The notes under the pieces: model-generated
What the model saw: only the letters and a program-made list of their open reading frames with translations
Told to the model about the DNA's origin: nothing
The model's database searches: none
IMG/VR virus record: IMGVR_UViG_3300017716_003048
Coordinates: 1-28,105 of that record
Length of the DNA: 28,105 nt
Origin: a virus
Lineage: Duplodnaviria; Caudoviricetes
Strand: one strand, 5' to 3'
Position numbers and translations under genes: made by a program
In this document: one piece after another, positions 23,570 through 28,105 of the stretch
Layout: every line of letters starts with the position of its first letter
Position numbering within the stretch: position 1 is the stretch's first letter

Positions 23570-24763
23570 TCAGGCGAACCCTTGTCCGGGATAAGCAGCG
23601 CGCGACGGATCGACATAGCCGGGCTGGCCGTAGGTCGGCGTCCCCGGTTTCTTGAAGAAGTCACCCAGCGATCCAGCCGCCGCCGAGAGGCCTTGGCCGT
23701 ATCCCTGATATGCGGAGGTCAGCGCATTCGCTCGAGCATTGCCGCCCTGCATCATGGCGTTCCCGGCGTTAGCGCCGTAGTTGCCGGCCGCAGTTGATGC
23801 AAGCTGTGAGCTGTTCTGGTTCATGCCTGCCATGTCAGCGAGCCGGTTCGTGTAGTCCCCGAACGCGCCGTAAGTGTTCTTGCGGAAGATATCCGCATAG
23901 CGGCCTTCGGCAGCGCCGCTGATGGACTTACCCGCAGCCCCGAGGCCGCCCTTGACCTGGTTGAACTGGTCGTCTGAAATCGTCGTCGCCAATTTGGCAT
24001 AGGGCGAGGCGTAGAACTCCGCGAGCGGGTTGGACGCGCCGCCAGACTGCCCCGCCATCTGCGCGCCGCCCGTGGGCATCGTGCCTTTCGTGTCGGTCAT
24101 CGGCGCGAGCGTGCGGCCCTCGTTCTTGCCGAACTGGTTGTAGTGCCAGTTGGCATAGGCGTCCTGGTTGCCGCCGAACAGCGCCTTGATGTCGGGTTTT
24201 GCCCACTCGGCAGCGAGGTCAGGCTGCTGCATGTAAGCGGCATAATTGAAGCCGCCCGGCGCTTGCGTGGCGACCGTCTGCCAGTTGTCGCCGCCATTGC
24301 GGATCATGCCGCCTAGCGCGCCGCCGCCAGCGCCACCGACCGGGCCTCCGAAGAATGAGCCCGCAACGCTGCCGATCAGGCCCGCCGCTGCGTTTGAGCC
24401 GCCGCCGCCTGTGTGGCCCTGAACCGGCTGGCCCGCGCCGAGGTTGGGCAGCATCTGCGAGCCGCCCTGCATGTTCATGCCGCCGCCACCGTAGGCCGCC
24501 TGATAGTCCTGCGGCGCGATGCCGAACAGCGCGGCCAGCTTGTTGGAGGCGGCGCCGCCCGTCATGTAGCCCGGCGAGGCAAGCCCGCGCTGGTCCATGT
24601 AGATTTGGCGCTGTAGCGCAGTCGTCTGGTTCGCCGCGTCCTGTTGTGCGTTGGCCGCCGCCTGCCCGCCTTGGCCCGACATATAGCCGCCAGCCAGAGA
24701 CGCGCCCGCGCCAATCAGCGCGCCTGCGTTATCCGTGGCGAACTTTACAACCTGATCCCACAT
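23570..24763 (-). CDS. DNA transfer/pilot protein (P22 gp7-like)
   Basis: Gly-zipper N-terminus followed by AANAQQDAANQTTALQRQIY..QR...P. Gly/Ala/Asn-rich C-terminus. Confidence 0.78.
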   Translation of the reverse strand: MWDQVVKFATDNAGALIGAGASLAGGYMSGQGGQAAANAQQDAANQTTALQRQIYMDQRGLASPGYMTGGAASNKLAALFGIAPQDYQAAYGGGGMNMQGGSQMLPNLGAGQPVQGHTGGGGSNAAAGLIGSVAGSFFGGPVGGAGGGALGGMIRNGGDNWQTVATQAPGGFNYAAYMQQPDLAAEWAKPDIKALFGGNQDAYANWHYNQFGKNEGRTLAPMTDTKGTMPTGGAQMAGQSGGASNPLAEFYASPYAKLATTISDDQFNQVKGGLGAAGKSISGAAEGRYADIFRKNTYGAFGDYTNRLADMAGMNQNSSQLASTAAGNYGANAGNAMMQGGNARANALTSAYQGYGQGLSAAAGSLGDFFKKPGTPTYGQPGYVDPSRAAYPGQGFA

Positions 24764-24764
24764 T

Positions 24765-25484
24765 TTATGCCGTCCACGTAACAGACATTGACCCGGAAAG
24801 GCCGGGCGCCGTTATCTCGTTCGTTCCGCTCGCGCGCTGTATCTCAAGCCTGATGTCCGATTGCGCGCTGTTGTTCGCCGCGACCAGGACCGCCGACAGC
24901 GGCAGGCCCGTGAAGTTAACCGTCCACGTTTCCGCAATATCGAACGGGATGCCCGCCTCGGTGAAGCTCTGCGCGGCTGCGTAATCGACCTGGAACACGT
25001 CGCTGTCGAGCGTGTATTCCGTGCCGCCGCTGGTCAGTTCCTCACGTATGCGCCAGTTGCCATAGAAGGCCGTATCAACCGTGCCGTCGTCGCTGAGACT
25101 GCCGCTGATGACCGGGTCAATCGTCGCCGTGATGCTGTAGTCACCGCCCGCACCGCCCGGCGTGAGCGTAACCGTAGCAATCGTCACCCACGTTGCGCCG
25201 CTTGAGACGCCGCCTGAGAACGCCACGCCGTTGGAGGTCGTGGCTGCACCACCGCCCGCCGCAGCCTGCACCGCCGCGTCATTGACGATCCGCGCCGCGC
25301 GCTCCGCCGCGATGGTTGCCGCCTGCGCCGCCTGCTCCGTTGCAAGACGCGCCACGCCGCTGTTGACGTTGCTGGAGAACTTCACACCGCCCGTCAGATA
25401 CTTGTACCATTCCTGATTGAGCCTGCCGTCTTTATCCACGAGCGGCACGGCCAGCGATGGCGGTTTAGGCGCCCGCTCCGTCAT
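24765..25484 (-). CDS. Tail needle/plug-position protein (gp26-like position) with beta-rich C-terminal knob
   Basis: PLVDKDGRLNQEWYKYL N-terminus, a short coiled coil and a Thr/Ser-rich beta domain. Follows the gp10-like gene with a TGATG overlap. Confidence 0.6.
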   Translation of the reverse strand: MTERAPKPPSLAVPLVDKDGRLNQEWYKYLTGGVKFSSNVNSGVARLATEQAAQAATIAAERAARIVNDAAVQAAAGGGAATTSNGVAFSGGVSSGATWVTIATVTLTPGGAGGDYSITATIDPVISGSLSDDGTVDTAFYGNWRIREELTSGGTEYTLDSDVFQVDYAAAQSFTEAGIPFDIAETWTVNFTGLPLSAVLVAANNSAQSDIRLEIQRASGTNEITAPGLSGSMSVTWTA

Positions 25485-26908
25485 CACAGGTCCTCATTGA
25501 CGACAACGCCGAGGTAAGCAGCCGGCGCGGGATCGCTTTTCTGGAACTGGAACACCATTCCCGCGAGCTTCGTTCGCCCGCAGCGATGCCAGACCGTGCG
25601 CTGGTCATAGACGCCCTGCGCGCCCAGCTTCCGGCTGCGCCAGTTCGTCCACGTATTGCCGCCATCGGTTGACACGCGAAGCTGCACGACAGGGTCCACA
25701 CCCTGCCCCGTCGCCACGCCAACGCCCTTGGAACTCTCAAGCCGCACCGTCGTGATGGGCAGGCTATCGGGAGCGCCCGACAGGTGCGCCGTGAACTCGC
25801 GGACGATCTCCGTCCCCATCGTGGAGGCTGTCGCCATGCTCTCGGACGCATAGTCCCGGCTCAGCTCGTCAAACTGTCCCGTTGCATCGCAGGCGAACAC
25901 GCGGCCCGCAGCCGTGATGATGTCGGTATAGCGCCACGTCGCGGTCAGGTTGGTCCCGCGCGTGTGCCATTCCTGCGTCAGCACATCGAACACCATGCAG
26001 GCGGTCGGCGTGCGGTAGCTGATGAATATGTGGCCGCGATCCTGGTACGTCTTGCCGATGATGTTGGCCGCGCCCGCCGATCTCAGCGCCGCAGATACCC
26101 ACGGCTCCGAGATGATGGGCGAACCGCCCTGCCCCAGCCTGCGGACGTTGAACGCCTCGTCCACGAAGAAAAGCGAGTTGTCAGCCTTGACGATGCCATC
26201 ACGGCACGCGCAGCCGACTTGCTGCGTCATGCCAGCCTGCGCCGCGAAGGGGTCGGCGCTGTCACCCGTCTGCGACCAGACTTCAATCGTCTGCGAGCCC
26301 AGCAGGTAGTAGAACTCGCCCAGCACGCGGCCCGCGATGATGTCGTCCGGCGAGCTTTCCGCCGTGTAGTAGTTCAGCGCCGTCACGTCATCGAGCGCGA
26401 GGACAGCCGTGAAGCCGAAGCGGTTCTTGTACGTGAACAGCCCGCGCTGGCCGAGCGTGTCTACCGACGTGAACGCGGTGGCGCTGGCGTCACTCAGCAG
26501 CGTTGCATACTGCGCATCCGTGACCGCCGCGATGGCTGTCCCGGTCGAGACGTACAGCCCGCCATTGAACAGCCCAAAGCCCTGCGTTTCGGTGAACGCG
26601 AAGTCGCCACGGTCTGACCCGGCAATGGTCCCCGTGAGGCTTCCCGTCGTGTTGCCCGATGGCGTGAACGTGGACAGGGTCGTCCCCTGCGCGATCAGCA
26701 CATTGCCCGAGGCGTGGCCGTCTGCCTGCCACATGCCACGGCACGCGCCAGCGAAGTCGGCACGCTGGAGACTGCCAGGCGCTTCGATCAGCACGTTCTC
26801 ACGCTGCGGGTCGTTCGGATGCGGTTCGCGGTAGACGTTGTGGCACTTCTTCTCGGCAAGCCCCGTGACAACAGCGGAGGCCGCAGACGTCGCCATAGGC
26901 ACGCGCAT
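25484..26908 (-). CDS. Packaged-DNA stabilisation / tail hub protein (P22 gp10-like)
   Basis: 474 aa with TAESSPDDI, LGSQTIEVW..TG, SKGVG, STDGGNTW and LGAQGVY..R..W motifs. Confidence 0.88.
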   Translation of the reverse strand: MRVPMATSAASAVVTGLAEKKCHNVYREPHPNDPQRENVLIEAPGSLQRADFAGACRGMWQADGHASGNVLIAQGTTLSTFTPSGNTTGSLTGTIAGSDRGDFAFTETQGFGLFNGGLYVSTGTAIAAVTDAQYATLLSDASATAFTSVDTLGQRGLFTYKNRFGFTAVLALDDVTALNYYTAESSPDDIIAGRVLGEFYYLLGSQTIEVWSQTGDSADPFAAQAGMTQQVGCACRDGIVKADNSLFFVDEAFNVRRLGQGGSPIISEPWVSAALRSAGAANIIGKTYQDRGHIFISYRTPTACMVFDVLTQEWHTRGTNLTATWRYTDIITAAGRVFACDATGQFDELSRDYASESMATASTMGTEIVREFTAHLSGAPDSLPITTVRLESSKGVGVATGQGVDPVVQLRVSTDGGNTWTNWRSRKLGAQGVYDQRTVWHRCGRTKLAGMVFQFQKSDPAPAAYLGVVVNEDL

Positions 26909-27264
26909 CAGAAATACTCAGCCCGCGTCGGCTTGTTGAACCGCTCGCCGCTTTGCACGAGACGCCGCAGGTTGCGTTCTGCTGTCGGCTCGTAGGTCTG
27001 ACGGAACGATGCAGCCTGCCCGCCGTCCATGTAGTCGTCGGCCGCGTGGCAAGCGACATAGGTCGCGAGGTCTTCCAGCATCGACTGCGGGCAAGCGCTG
27101 TCGGACCAGTAGGCAATCCCAAGGTCGCGCAGCTTCTCGTTGACCGAAGCTATCAGCCCCTCGACCAGCGCGGTGTCCTCGGCTTCCGCCGTCTCGCCTG
27201 CTTGCAGCACCTTGAGCTTCTGAAGCACGCGGTTGCGCAGCTCGGCAAGGGTCGCGTCAGCCAT
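26908..27264 (-). CDS. Head-tail adaptor (P22 gp4-like)
   Basis: T.AEL..RVL.KL.VL.AGETAEAED helical pattern, immediately before the gp10-like gene. Confidence 0.75.
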   Translation of the reverse strand: MADATLAELRNRVLQKLKVLQAGETAEAEDTALVEGLIASVNEKLRDLGIAYWSDSACPQSMLEDLATYVACHAADDYMDGGQAASFRQTYEPTAERNLRRLVQSGERFNKPTRAEYF

Positions 27265-27583
27265 CGATCACCGCCAAGGGCTCTGTCGTGGCGCCCTGAA
27301 GCGCCGCGCGCAGCCGTTCGATGCCCCAGCGCTTGTCGAAGATCACGCCGAGCTCATCGAGCTGTTGCTTTATGATGGCGCGTTCGTCCTGTTCCCGTGA
27401 GCCTTTCGGCTCCGGCGCGTCCCGCGGAACTTCCGTGAAATACGGATGGTTCCGCAGTTTGTTGACCTGCCAGGGCAAGAGATGCCCGACATCAACAGGA
27501 GCGCCAGCCGAAAACGTGACGCCGTAGAGGGAGGCGAACTCGTCGCCCCCCTCATCGTCACCTTTCCAGATGAACACCGACAT
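27257..27583 (-). CDS. Head-region protein with C-terminal HeH/Rho-N-like helical motif
   Basis: KLRNHPYFTEV domain plus RAIIKQQLDELGVIFDKRWGIERLRAAL. Confidence 0.7.
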   Translation of the reverse strand: MSVFIWKGDDEGGDEFASLYGVTFSAGAPVDVGHLLPWQVNKLRNHPYFTEVPRDAPEPKGSREQDERAIIKQQLDELGVIFDKRWGIERLRAALQGATTEPLAVIDG

Positions 27584-28095
27584 CAGACCGCCAGCGTCGG
27601 ATCGACAACGTACCAGACCACCACCGAAATGACGCCGGTGTGGCCCGCGTTTGACGGCACGTTGGCTTCGACCTGGATCTTGGTCTTCTTCGTGAAGAAC
27701 GGAAGAGTTCCAACAGACAGGACGCCGCTCAGCGGGTACATGAGGCCCACGGTAGGCGACACGTTGCCAGCGGCAAACGCATCGCCCGTGAGGACGCCGA
27801 GGTCGCCAAGCCCGTCAGGGTCGGCGGCATCATACGTGCCAGAACCGCCATTGGCGGCCCAGCCCACGTCCATGTTGAGCGCTTCAGTGCCGGTGTCGAT
27901 GTCGGCGCCGTAGAAGTAGCCTCCGACAATGATCGCGCCCGCAGGAACCCAGCACATTTCGAAGATGTCGCCATCTTCGACTGCTGCTGCGATGGTGTAC
28001 GTGCCGTAAGCGCATTGAAGGACGCCCGCGCCAGCATAGTGAGCAATCGGGAAGCCCGTTGCACCGCGCGTTGCGGTGAGTGTTTCAGCAACCAT
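27583..28095 (-). CDS. Putative capsid decoration/cement protein (beta-rich)
   Basis: 170-aa Gly/Ala/Thr-rich beta protein (GDIFEMCWVPAGAII...DIDTG) in the slot after the capsid gene. Function inferred from position. Confidence 0.6.
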   Translation of the reverse strand: MVAETLTATRGATGFPIAHYAGAGVLQCAYGTYTIAAAVEDGDIFEMCWVPAGAIIVGGYFYGADIDTGTEALNMDVGWAANGGSGTYDAADPDGLGDLGVLTGDAFAAGNVSPTVGLMYPLSGVLSVGTLPFFTKKTKIQVEANVPSNAGHTGVISVVVWYVVDPTLAV

Positions 28096-28105
28096 TGTTC
28101 AATGC

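Larger units (their letters stand above)
1..28105. mobile_element. Temperate P22-like podovirus genome segment (non-integrated form, attP intact)
   Basis: Contiguous replication, recombination, immunity, int/xis, lysis, tailspike, ejection and head-tail genes. No host housekeeping genes. The att core has phage genes on both sides. Confidence 0.93.

Overview
About 28 kb of a high-GC temperate, P22-like (short-tailed) phage genome, probably from an alphaproteobacterial host (inferred from the protein families). It appears to be the non-integrated form, because the att core is flanked by phage genes on both sides. From left to right: a putative late promoter/terminator and a DUF6456/GafZ-like late regulator; an iteron origin next to a TOPRIM primase-AAA helicase-wHTH fusion; a Cas4-like exonuclease, DNA methyltransferase, SSB, Sak4-like ATPase and RusA; a cro/repressor switch with five related palindromic operators; small early genes; xis and a tyrosine integrase; an attP carrying the 5' half of tRNA-Leu(TAA); an enlarged, membrane-protein-rich lysis cassette whose GH24 endolysin is fused to a holin-like 2-TM tail; a beta-helix tailspike; three DNA-ejection proteins, the largest ending in an ADP-ribosyltransferase-like domain; and P22 gp10/gp4-like tail and head-completion genes. 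Terminase, portal and major capsid genes are not in the window. All family assignments come from motif recognition by eye; no database searches were run.
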